Shown in pieces: positions 41,001-49,800 of a stretch of DNA of 64,000 nt; the first letter of the stretch is position 1, and each line of letters begins with the position of its first letter. Under the pieces are notes generated by a model. It did no database searches. It was not told the DNA's origin and saw only the letters and a list, made by a program, of their open reading frames with translations. Origin of the DNA: Candidatus Latescibacterota bacterium (GTDB lineage Bacteria; Latescibacterota; UBA2968); assembly GCA_965207885.1 (NCBI GenBank), contig OZ242311.1, positions 3,072,001 to 3,136,000 of the forward strand, read 5' to 3'. The position numbers and the translations under genes were made by a program.

Positions 41001-41586
41001 TGCCCAGGAATAACAGGACAGCCAACAAATACCCGATCACAATCAGGGCAACTGCCGCTTGCCGCCGCAACACTGCACCCAGAAAAAATGTCACAGAAGA
41101 CATAAAAATCAGAGCGGGCAGGTTCATGAGCACGAGATAGCTAATATAGGGTTTTATTGTAAATGGATTACCCGTCATACTGATTTTTGCAGCCTGGATA
41201 CTCAGGGTTAAGAGCAGAACGCCCAGACTCAAAAAGACAAGCGCACTAACAATGCCCAGGTACTTACCCGCAACCAGTTCCGCAGTCGAAATGGGACGCC
41301 CGGCCACGACTTCGTAAATATGCGCCTGTTCATCCGCCGCTCTAAAATCCCCCACGATAAATGCTATGACAATGGTCTGCAAGAAACTGTACACTAAAAA
41401 CGGGACATAAGAATCGATTCCCACGGGCAGTTCAGCACCATTGGCTTCTGCTATGGCAAAGCCTATGCCGAGTAAAACGGGAATGCTCATGCCCAGACCG
41501 CCTAAAATACGGAATTTTGTGGTTCTCAAGAGCATTTTGCGCTCATAACGCGCAACACCCCATACATTGTAGAAAATAGATAGCAT
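38077..41586 (-). CDS. ABC-2 permease fused to a degenerate M1 aminopeptidase-like domain and a C-terminal golvesin/xanthan-lyase CBD-like domain
   Basis: N-terminal TMs with RPISTAELVAGKYLG; M1-like HYDL.L, WYP, YPYP.L.LVE and KG..LF.M....LGEE.F; C-terminal IIVDNDD.GF...GWNYLG.Y.F...YADAVRW. Confidence 0.75.
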   Translation of the reverse strand: MLSIFYNVWGVARYERKMLLRTTKFRILGGLGMSIPVLLGIGFAIAEANGAELPVGIDSYVPFLVYSFLQTIVIAFIVGDFRAADEQAHIYEVVAGRPISTAELVAGKYLGIVSALVFLSLGVLLLTLSIQAAKISMTGNPFTIKPYISYLVLMNLPALIFMSSVTFFLGAVLRRQAAVALIVIGYLLAVLLFLGRRYDGIYDFGAFFTPLYYSDLIGLADMTQVGLKRLFYILLGIGFFGFSIDWYPRLAHSLIARWFGRGCAVTGFGLAVGLYFYMDAAAQDGQAYRHSLLEQQEAVANIPVAEITHYDLALTLLGEEPLAASGTIRLKNPHESPLDTLILSLNPGFKIQNLTRGDGGAIAWERMGSVIRVIPANPLQSEREFDLTLAYAGDINTDGFDLQREKARPKLRKREGPFGIFNKGSLTAWIRDNSVFLPPRSRWYPVTGVDYGYEDTRKVSFSTANLQITYPQGIEVITQGQVGESDTLGTQVTRQWVIDKPVPVLSLNAGEYRVYRATIHDVECALYAHPSHLRPVRFFEDAEEEILRALEQIMDAMEQESGMKYPYPSLSLVEIPFHVQWYYEGWEEKGGLTQPGVLMIEEDVFMRQQFTRDFRRSQERSRGNREPKDIKKDLLVRAVFSTFFSREGNSGRQGQPGGLFRSPVVQLWAYDKQFVGEHHSLLKKGMPLYLQNDLSTDMTSAFYSSQRRGGGRGGPGGRDGPGGRGGPGGRGGPGGRFGSGGGSGAAWDTLIAKMQRKSFADLNPEKQAGLYRQVLDAKGPALFQMMESFLGEETFRTVLDDIDHNHKYEDIDFSTFERAAVGDTTESEESQKLQRLVNDWIFSTEIPGYTLTRVKALKMDDGFGMVVYQLILRIKNSEPGRGYVQITATGRGDEALKGVEIEGGQEVEVSMVLWEQPFRVMVEPFFARNRRSLMSPVRVPEDVTEGFPVAYVKDVTGEESGPVEIIVDNDDDGFSMPVRRATRYFRPGLKGGNWREQGLPMAFGRFETNYRRKSQGDGAQPAVWAAQMPRDGEYDVSFFFPDPSMARRIRIASTFTLTVFHGGKADTIEIERDQMKAGWNYLGRYKFTEGEEAAVELSDRAEGRGGLYADAVRWRFFDPENPDAYEDEMPTFTGRGRGGPGGGRGGGDRVGDGRRGPGGNRGGGGFLGF
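39386..39457. repeat. Four 18-bp tandem repeats encoding GRGGPG-like units
   Basis: CCGGGACCACCGCGCCCT twice, then two degenerate copies. Confidence 0.8.
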
Positions 41587-41598
41587 AGTATTAATCCT

Positions 41599-42492
41599 TT
41601 ACGCGGCGATTTCGCCAGTGGTATCGCCCCCGACAAAATAGACATAGGCATCTTCGAGATTGGGCGCGACTGCTTCGGCATCAGCGGGAGGCTCGCCATC
41701 GCCCACCATACGCAAACGCATCAAATCGCCCTCGACATTTACTGTGACTACGCGAAACACCCGCGACAGCATTTCAAAGCCAGCGTCATCGACCTGTACT
41801 TCCCACGTTTTGCCATCGGCTTTTGAAATGAGTTCTCCGGGAGAACCGCGAAAGATCAGACGTCCGGTATCCAGGACCGCGAGATCTTCGCAGGTACTTG
41901 AAATGTCGCCCACAATATGCGTGGAAATCAAAATTGCGCGATCGCTGCTCAAGCGTCCCAAAATACCCCGAAACCGTATGCGCTCTTCCGGGTCAAGTCC
42001 CACGGTGGGTTCATCGACAATGAGAAACTCTGGATCGGTCAAAATGGTCTGTGCAATGCCAAGGCGACGCATCATGCCACCTGAAAACGTGCCCGAACGC
42101 CGATTGCGCGCTTCGTACAATCCGACTTCGTTTAGAGCTTGCTCCACGCGATTCAAACGCGAACTTCTATTATGCATGCCGCCTAAAACAGCCATATAAT
42201 CGAGAAATTCCCAGGCAGTCAGTTGTGGATAGGTCCCAAAATGCTGGGGCAAATATCCCAGGCGCCGGCGAATTTCAGTGCGGTCTTTTACGAGGTCGAA
42301 CTCATCCATGGTCACGTTGCCACTCGATGCGTCCATCTGAGTCGATAAAATTTTAATCAGCGTTGTCTTGCCTGCACCATTGGGTCCCAATAGGCCAAAT
42401 GTTCCGTGCGGAATGGTCAATGTGACATCGTCTAAGGCGGGAACCGCGCCACGTCGATATACTTTTGTCAAGTTTGAAATGCGAATAACCAT
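41599..42492 (-). CDS. ABC transporter ATP-binding protein
   Basis: GPNGAGKT, FSGGMMRR, LIVDEPT and STH motifs; GAGGGG RBS before ATG 42492. Confidence 0.93.
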   Translation of the reverse strand: MVIRISNLTKVYRRGAVPALDDVTLTIPHGTFGLLGPNGAGKTTLIKILSTQMDASSGNVTMDEFDLVKDRTEIRRRLGYLPQHFGTYPQLTAWEFLDYMAVLGGMHNRSSRLNRVEQALNEVGLYEARNRRSGTFSGGMMRRLGIAQTILTDPEFLIVDEPTVGLDPEERIRFRGILGRLSSDRAILISTHIVGDISSTCEDLAVLDTGRLIFRGSPGELISKADGKTWEVQVDDAGFEMLSRVFRVVTVNVEGDLMRLRMVGDGEPPADAEAVAPNLEDAYVYFVGGDTTGEIAA

Positions 42493-42537
42493 CAATATGC
42501 CCCTCATTGTGCTTTGCCAACGATTAGACCTGAAATT

Positions 42538-42553
42538 TGCAAATAGTGTTCCC
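42538..42553 (-). promoter_or_regulatory. Possible sigma54 (-24/-12) promoter of the transporter operon
   Basis: GGGAACACTATTTGCA has correct GG-N10-GC spacing but departs from TGGCAC at two positions. Confidence 0.4.
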
Positions 42554-42570
42554 ATATACGGCAAAATTTA

Positions 42571-42596
42571 GCGGTTGGGCCAACCAGCCCAACCGC
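42571..42596 (-). terminator. Hairpin after fdhD
   Basis: GCGGTTGGGC/GCCCAACCGC perfect 10-bp stem. Confidence 0.65.
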
Positions 42597-42627
42597 CTAT
42601 AGGGGATGCGAGACCTCTTTCCCCACC

Positions 42628-43455
42628 CTATTGCACAGCCCCTGTATAAATGACCATCCTTTTGTCGCGTACAAAACCAATGAGAGTTATTCCCATCGCC
42701 TGTGCAAGATCTACTGCCAATGAACTCGCTGCAGATACGGCAACCACGACAGGTATGCGCGCAACAACGGCCTTTTGCACGATTTCAAAACTCGCTCTGC
42801 TACTTACCGCGAGTATCTGAACTCCCTCTCCTTCTACTATGTTATGCGTTTCGATCAAATGTCCTACAACCTTATCTACTGCATTGTGTCGGCCAATATC
42901 TTCAAAACAGCAATACATATCTCCCGTTTCTGAAAATGCGGCAGCAGCATGAACACCCCCTGTTTGTGCAAACACGTACTGGGATTGACGCATTTGTTCT
43001 TGTGCATAAAAAATCATCGCTGTCCGAACGGCGCGATTGTCGTCCATCGGCTGGCACCGTTGCATCATATCTTCTATCTGCTCCCGCCCACATACCCCAC
43101 ACGCCGATGAAGTCAATGTGCCTCTTCGTCCCGCTCGAATCCTTTCGGGATCGAGTATCTCGCCCGGACGAGGGAGAACATCAATAACATTTCCATACTC
43201 AGGAGTCCCCGGGCGACCGCAGTGTTCCGCACGTCCGACATCGCCAATTTCACGAATGATCCCCTCGCCATACAAAAATCCCAGCGCAAGGGCGCGGTCA
43301 TCCCCCGGCGTTCGCATGGTCACGGCAACGGATTCCCCGGCAACGCGAATTTCAAGTGGCTCCTCTACGACCAGCACATCATCTGCGGATTTGCCAATAG
43401 AGCCATCATACCGCGTGACGCGGTGTATTACACTGGTTTCTGATTTTGCTCTCAT
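42628..43455 (-). CDS. fdhD: Formate dehydrogenase accessory sulfurtransferase FdhD
   Basis: EEPLEI, TMRTPGDD, SSACGVCG, TGGVHAA and EDIGRHNAVDK motifs. Confidence 0.94.
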   Translation of the reverse strand: MRAKSETSVIHRVTRYDGSIGKSADDVLVVEEPLEIRVAGESVAVTMRTPGDDRALALGFLYGEGIIREIGDVGRAEHCGRPGTPEYGNVIDVLPRPGEILDPERIRAGRRGTLTSSACGVCGREQIEDMMQRCQPMDDNRAVRTAMIFYAQEQMRQSQYVFAQTGGVHAAAAFSETGDMYCCFEDIGRHNAVDKVVGHLIETHNIVEGEGVQILAVSSRASFEIVQKAVVARIPVVVAVSAASSLAVDLAQAMGITLIGFVRDKRMVIYTGAVQ

Positions 43456-43612
43456 GTATTATCCTCATTAACAATCATAAAATAAGCGACATATAGAACA
43501 AATGCAATTTTTCAATTTTGTGACACTATGAAACATTTTTGTCTTGCATCTTAGATGTTTAGGGCTATATTAGCCAATGGCTTGAGAATATATTGTGAAA
43601 TGGGAGGACCGT

Positions 43613-43909
43613 ATGACGATGACAAAAAAAGACATCGCGTTAAAAATTTCCGATCGTCTGGGAATCAAAAAACAACTCGCTTATGAGATTGTAAATACAC
43701 TTTTTAATACGATGCGCGAAAACCTGATCGCCGGTGATCGAATCGAAATCAGAGGATTTGGTGTGCTGGGTATCAAGCCGACCAAGCCCAAACCCGCTGC
43801 ACGCAACCCCCGCACAGGCGAGATTGTCTATGTTCCTGCGCGGCGAAAGAGCTATTTCAAAGCTGGTGTTCTGATCAAGAAAGCATTGCACGAGCCTTTG
43901 GATTCATAG
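43613..43909 (+). CDS. Integration host factor / HU family DNA-binding protein
   Basis: MTKKDI, RIEIRGFG and ARNPRTGE.V.VP.R...FK.G motifs; GGGAGG RBS. Confidence 0.93.
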   Translation: MTMTKKDIALKISDRLGIKKQLAYEIVNTLFNTMRENLIAGDRIEIRGFGVLGIKPTKPKPAARNPRTGEIVYVPARRKSYFKAGVLIKKALHEPLDS

Positions 43910-44020
43910 GCATTGTCTAACTATCTATATTTTTGAAACAGGCAGGTAGTAGCATAATGAAGTAAGTCATAAACACAAACGTTTACGCCACAAGCGGTTT
44001 ACAAATGAATCGGTACACAT

Positions 44021-44050
44021 AAAAGGTCCAGTAATTAGCTGGACCTTTTT
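44021..44050. terminator. Bidirectional terminator
   Basis: AAAAGGTCCAG/CTGGACCTTTT stem between convergent genes. Confidence 0.8.
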
Positions 44051-44122
44051 CATTTGAATTATCGAACTGATAACCGAAAGGGTATGAGGTATAATATGCC
44101 GTTGTGCGCCAATTCCTCAAAC

Positions 44123-44208
44123 CTATTCATCTGCTATTGTAGCCGCATCATCTGCTTCTGCTTCAACCTGACTGTTTGATGTCAAAAACTCATACGCTTT
44201 ATTCAACA
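44123..44208 (-). CDS. Exon 2 of the intron-split small gene (encodes ..VLNKAYEFLTSNSQVEAEADDAATIADE*)
   Basis: Continues exon 1 in frame once 44209-46605 is removed; TAG at 44123-44125. Confidence 0.8.
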
Positions 44209-46605
44209 GTAGGGTAGGCTGCTGGCGAGTTACCCAAAGGCACTTTTCCATCAGCCCCCCTCCGAACCGGACGTGATAGTTTCCCATCATCCGGCTCTCC
44301 AGTAACTTTCACCGTTTTGAGGTCGGCCCGCCTCGATGGATGTTGATATGACAGCTTTTACAGACGACAAGTGTTTTTCTGCGTCTTGCTGCCATTTTAT
44401 GTTTCCATCTTGGCTTTTTCTTCCTTCCCGGCTTGTCCACATCCGTTAGTTTGCGTATGTGGTGAACTTCTACTTCTTGCCGAGAACCACATAATTCACA
44501 TTCTGATGCCGTTAAGCGTTGTATTAGCTCGCTACGACTCCAGTATGGTTTTATGTCTTTCAGGCCGTCCTTGATTACCGCGTTCTCTGTGTTGCGTATT
44601 AAGGGAACCCCTCCAAAGTATGCGATTAGGGGCTTTTTACCTTCTCTTTCTACGGTTACTTGTATGCATTTTCGTGGGCCTCTTGGGGTAATTACTTTAC
44701 CCTTATATTTCCTTGCCGTTTTTCTCACTTGCGATTTGTGTTTATTCGCAAGTGTCTTTAGCAGGGACGTTTGTATGACCCATTCCAATTTGCTCAGTCT
44801 CCGTATGTTGTTTGCGAGTTGGTAGTATTGCACAAAGCCTCTATATTCCCTTTGATAGCGGGATATGATGTCAAAGTCGCTGTCCTGTAACAATTGTGGT
44901 CGCGCCTCTGGCTTCCCGTTTCTCATATAGGTATTGCATCTCGCATCACTTACATCTTTGGGGATGTATAAGCCGAGTCTTCCATTAATGGCCCTTTTCT
45001 TAATGTAGCTGTCCATTTGTGTGTTACTGAAATATCCCTTGATTTCGTATCCTAAAAATCTGGCTCTTTCGGTGGTTACGTGGGTTATTAGGGTCTTTTC
45101 TTCTGAAAGTTCGAGCTTCATATCTTGCAGGAATTTCTTTAGAATTGACTTAATTCCCCTTGCTTCCATTTTGGAGCCTACTAATCCTATTAGGAAGTCG
45201 TCAGCGTATCTTATGTAGTATATTCTTTTGAAATCGGGGTCGTCTTGGAGTGAGCAGGGTATTTTCTGCATCTTCTGTCTATACTCCTTTGCTTCTTCAA
45301 ATCGACCTTTCTTTTTCAGGTGATATACTTTGTTAATCAGATACCTGTATTCAGGGTTTTTCTTTCGGCTTTTTCCTTTTGTGAATAGAGATTTGAGGGT
45401 GTTTTCAACAAATTTATCCAGTCTATCGAGGTAGATATTTGAGAGTATCGGGCTTACGATTCCCCCTTGTGGCGTTCCGCTCAAGGTGGGTGTGTAATTC
45501 CAATTCTCCATATATCCTGCTTTGAGTAGATTGGATATTAACCGCAGAAATCGGTTGTCTCGGATTTTCTCTCGGAGTATTGATAGTAAGATTTGGTGGT
45601 CTATATTATCGAAGCACCCCTTAATATCTCCTTCGACAAACCATTTCGTTCCGTTCCACTTTTTGACTGCTTGTAATGCCGTGTGACAGCCTTTATTTGG
45701 TCGGAACCCGTGAGACAAGCTGCTAAATTGCGGTTCATAATACGCTTCTAATATGGAGCGTATTACTTCCTGCACAAGTTTGTCTGTCCACGTAGGAATG
45801 CCTAACGGTCGCATTTTACCGTTTTTCTTTGGTATATGTGTCCGTCTCACTGGAGTCCATCTGAAGCGTTCATAGCGTATTTGTTCTATGATTGCTTTAA
45901 TTTTCTTCAGTGACATTCCATCAACGGTTTCTTCCGTTATACCTTTGGTCATTGCGCCTTTGTTGCGTTGAATGCGACTGTAGGCCCGCAGGTATAGATC
46001 GGGGTTGAACATTTGTCGATAAACGTCTTCAATGGGTAATCCTCTTAAACCTCGATTTCGGATGATACCTAATACTGTTTCGGCGTCTCGCATCTCGCGT
46101 GCCTCCTGTATTATTGTATCCAGTTACCTGTTTTCCTTCGCCTTGTGGACGGCTTTCCCGTCCTCTGACTACTATGAAAACTCCGTTACCATAGGACTCG
46201 CGTCCCGTAGGCAATCCCGTGTTTTTCTGTTGTGGTCTGTATTAGTGTGGGTTAGGTAGTCCACTCATTCCTTAAATGAGCTACATTGCTCATCGTTGGC
46301 AGTTCCAAAGGTTATGGGAAAGCATTGGTTAATTTCCCATAAAACTGATACCGGTATCGGACGACTTTCCGGTAGGGCGAAGCGACCGTCCTTCTGGAAT
46401 TGGACTTCGGGCAGTTTAGCTCTTACCATACCACACAGGTCTTGCGGAGCAAATGTTTTTGTCGCCTTCTCTACATTCTCCGCTTTACGAATATGCTATT
46501 TTCCCTTTCGCCTTTCGGTTCCGGTTGATTCGTTGACCTATGGACGTTCCTTTGAGTCCATCCTGATTTAGTCAGGAATACCACATCAGACGCTACACGG
46601 CGCAC
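44209..46605 (-). mobile_element. Group II intron, IIA/ML (Ll.LtrB-like) class, 2397 nt
   Basis: 5' GTGCG at 46605; domain V GAGCCGGATGATGGGAAACTATCACGTCCGGTTC (44264-44297); domain VI ending CCTACCCTAC at 44209; EBS1 loop complementary to the 5' exon. Confidence 0.93.
44309..46093 (-). CDS. ltrA: Group II intron reverse transcriptase/maturase with HNH endonuclease
   Basis: RPLGIP, SHGFRP, EGDIKGCFD, GTPQGG, RYADD, domain X, and CELCG...EVHH...C..CH. Confidence 0.95.
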   Translation of the reverse strand: MRDAETVLGIIRNRGLRGLPIEDVYRQMFNPDLYLRAYSRIQRNKGAMTKGITEETVDGMSLKKIKAIIEQIRYERFRWTPVRRTHIPKKNGKMRPLGIPTWTDKLVQEVIRSILEAYYEPQFSSLSHGFRPNKGCHTALQAVKKWNGTKWFVEGDIKGCFDNIDHQILLSILREKIRDNRFLRLISNLLKAGYMENWNYTPTLSGTPQGGIVSPILSNIYLDRLDKFVENTLKSLFTKGKSRKKNPEYRYLINKVYHLKKKGRFEEAKEYRQKMQKIPCSLQDDPDFKRIYYIRYADDFLIGLVGSKMEARGIKSILKKFLQDMKLELSEEKTLITHVTTERARFLGYEIKGYFSNTQMDSYIKKRAINGRLGLYIPKDVSDARCNTYMRNGKPEARPQLLQDSDFDIISRYQREYRGFVQYYQLANNIRRLSKLEWVIQTSLLKTLANKHKSQVRKTARKYKGKVITPRGPRKCIQVTVEREGKKPLIAYFGGVPLIRNTENAVIKDGLKDIKPYWSRSELIQRLTASECELCGSRQEVEVHHIRKLTDVDKPGRKKKPRWKHKMAARRRKTLVVCKSCHINIHRGGPTSKR

Positions 46606-46795
46606 CCAATACGGCTTTGGGAATGTCGTTCACCTTCAAGCTATTGGTTGTTTGCCAATTCCCCTCTTTGTCCAAATAACTTCGCTGAAATGAAACCGTG
46701 CGTACAGTGAAAGATTCTTCACCGCGCTTGTATTCATTTTCAAAAATCGAAGCACTACACAGACCATGACGAAATGTAATTTCGGGTTGTGCCAT
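46606..46795 (-). CDS. Exon 1 of a small conserved protein (91 aa after splicing), putative ssDNA/nucleic-acid-binding protein
   Basis: Strong GGGAGGTG RBS; MAQPEITFRHG...VSFQRSYLDKEGNWQTTNSLKVNDIPKAVL ends at the intron 5' GTGCG. Confidence 0.8.
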
Positions 46796-46851
46796 CCTGT
46801 TTCACCTCCCTTCTATTTGGTAAAAGGTAAAAAATAAAATAATATCGCTTC

Positions 46852-49800
46852 TCACTTCAAGAGCGCGACGCGCTGGGTAAATGTCGCTTCGTTGTTTTTT
46901 AAAAGGATGATATAAATTCCGGAACTCACAGATACTCCAAAGTCATTTTTGCCATCCCATATACGCCGATAATATCCGGCTGGCAAATGCTGTTGAACCA
47001 ATCGTCTGATAGGTTGTCCCAGAATATTGTATATAGTCACATAAACAGGGCCTCCTGTAGTGTAAAAACCCAATACAGTTGTAGAATTGAAGGGATTGGG
47101 TGATGGGTAAATACCCTCTTTGTAATTCTCTTCCTCCTCACCTGGTTTGGAATTATCAGAAATAGGACTATTAACTGTCTGGTCTTCACCATCAAAAACA
47201 ATCGGTTTTCCCGATACAGCACCCACACCAGTCAGGGTGTCTGATTTCACCTCCGAAATAGATGATGTGCCGGGCGACATTGCGTGCTTGCCGGGGATTT
47301 TGGGATGTAACTCTGGAGGGGCATCAGGCAATAATAGCCATGAAACGTCTGGGGTAGCTTTTGGTACGCGCACAGACCGCGCCACGGTCTTGCTATCGGG
47401 CATGATCAGATGGACGACATCACCACCGCTACTGAGTCCATTGCCAATCTGACCTTCAGCAGACAAGACAGTACCGGGGATACCTGCGGGCGTTCCCCCA
47501 CCAAAAATGGTGACATAACCGCTGGGCACGAGTACGACATCATCGGGAAAGGAAAAGAATCGAGAGACCACGATATCGTCATCGCCGAGTAGCCACCCGC
47601 TCAGGTCGAGCGTATCTGCACCGATATTGGTCAATTCGACAAAAGCATCTGCATGCCGATCGACAATTCCATCGTTATTGACATCCACCTGTTCGGGTAA
47701 CATCAAGATTTCGGAAAATACCAGGCCATCTGGAACAGTCAATCCCTCGGGCTCAATCGGATCATCGCCGGGCATTAAGCGTCCGATAGAGATAGATTTC
47801 CCTTCGTATATCTCATTGTGTAATAGATAATTTCCGTCATCGTCTCTCGCAAAGGATATGCCCTGGCGCGCGTTCTCATACGTCATTTTAGAGACCACTG
47901 TACTTCCATCTGGTGCCAGTAACTGCACGGTATCACCTCCATTGGCCAGCCCATCGCCAATGCGACCGTCATCAGCAAAAATCCACTCGCTAACTGGCAT
48001 ATCTCCCCCACCAAAGAGCACGACGACTGCTTGCGTATCGAGCACTGTGCTATCGGGAAATTGAAAAAGTTTTTCCACAGGTACATCGTCATCACCAAGG
48101 TAATAGCCGCCAATATCAATGGGGTGCCTACCCAAATTCGCTATCTCTACAAACTCATCCTGATAGGTGTGTCGCCCCCCATCGCCATTGGTATCGCCTG
48201 CATCGCCTGCGGCGGGATTGGGATAGACTTCAGAGATTACCAGGCCTTCGGGAGGTTGGAATATGTCGAGTGTCGCTGTATTTATGGAATCCGCCGCTTG
48301 TCCATCTGGTGATGTACCGGGCGACATTGCGTGCCTGCCGGGGATTTTGGGATGTAACTCTGGAGGATCACCGGGCGAAAATAGCCATGAAATGTCTGGG
48401 GTAGCTTTTGGTACGCGCACAGACCGCGCCACAGTCTTACTATCGGACATGATTAGATGGACGACATCGCCGCCACCAGCGAGGCCATTGCCGATTCGAT
48501 CTCCCACAGACAAAACGCGACCGGGAATACCTGAAGGCGTTCCCCCACCAAAAATGGTGATATAACCACCGGGCACGAGCACGACATTATCGGGAAAAGA
48601 GAAAAACTTAGAGACAATAATATCGTCATCGCCGAGTAGCCACCCGCTCAGGTCGAGCGTATCCGCACCGATATTAGTCAATTCAACAAAAGTATCCTCA
48701 TCTCGATCAACAATCCCATCGTTATTGGCATCCACCTGTTCGGGCAGCATCAAGATTTCGGAAAATACCAGGCCATCGGGGACAGTCACCTCCTCAGTCA
48801 ACCCTTCGGGTTCAATCGGATCATCACCAGGCCTTAAGCGTCCGACTGAAGTAGGCTCTTCTTCGTATATCTGATTGTGTAATAGATAATTGCCGCCTTC
48901 ATTTCTGGCATAGGATACGCCTCTGGCTGAGTGTTCATATCCCATTGAGGCGACCACTGTGCTGCTATCAGGTGCCAATAACTGCACGGTATCGCTCCAG
49001 TTGGATAAGCCATCTCCAATGCGACCGTCATCGGCAAAAACCCGACCGCTAACTGGCATATCCCCACCGCCAAAGAGCACGACAACTGCTTGTGTATCGA
49101 GCACTGTGTTATCGGGAAATCGAAAAAGCTTTTTTACAGGCACATCGTCATCACCGAGAAAATAGCCGCCAATGTCAATGGGATTCTCGCTCAGATTCGC
49201 CACTTCGATAAACTCGTCCTGATAGGTGTGCCGCACCCCATCGCCATTGGTATCACCCGCGTTCCCCCAGGCGGGATTGGGATGCACCTCCGAGATCACC
49301 AATGGCGGTTTTTCCTTTTCCAACACCCGGATATATGTGTGAAGGCTCTCGCGACCATTCCATAAAAACCCGACCTTCGTCTCACCAGCACGCACAGCAA
49401 CCACCTTGTTGCTCTGTTCAATTCGCACGATAGTGGTATCCCACGATACCCATAAAACCTCATCCTCAATCCGCCTTGTTTCCCCAGTTTCGTGGCTATA
49501 AATCGCTGGGATCAGATAAACGTATTCTCCTGCTATCAGGTCCACATATTCGGGAAGGGACTCGAGTTTATCAAAAAGCGACCGTGGTTTACCCGGCGAA
49601 AACAACCCTCTTCCAGGGGAAGCACTGTGCAACACCCACCTGCCAGTTCCTTCCGGATACCGCACCAGAGATTGATCCTTGCCCCCCTCACTTCCCCATT
49701 CCGCGCTTGCAATCGTATCGCCTGAAATTGGATTGATCAGAAACACCGCATCTCCCGAATTGCTCAATCCCCCACCGATCCTGCCATCATCAACAAAAAC

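Noticed and set aside
46029-46214. 61-aa ORF upstream of the RT
   Set aside because: It overlaps the conserved intron RNA domains III-IV and is probably not a protein.
46586-46795. 69-aa ORF taken as a complete gene
   Set aside because: Its last residues (GAPCSV) are read from intron sequence; the real C-terminus is exon 2 at 44123-44208.
44309-49300. Diversity-generating retroelement (RT near a pair of long repeats)
   Set aside because: The RT has YADD, maturase and HNH domains inside a full group II RNA. The repeats are 1-kb in-frame domain duplications whose differences are not adenine-specific.
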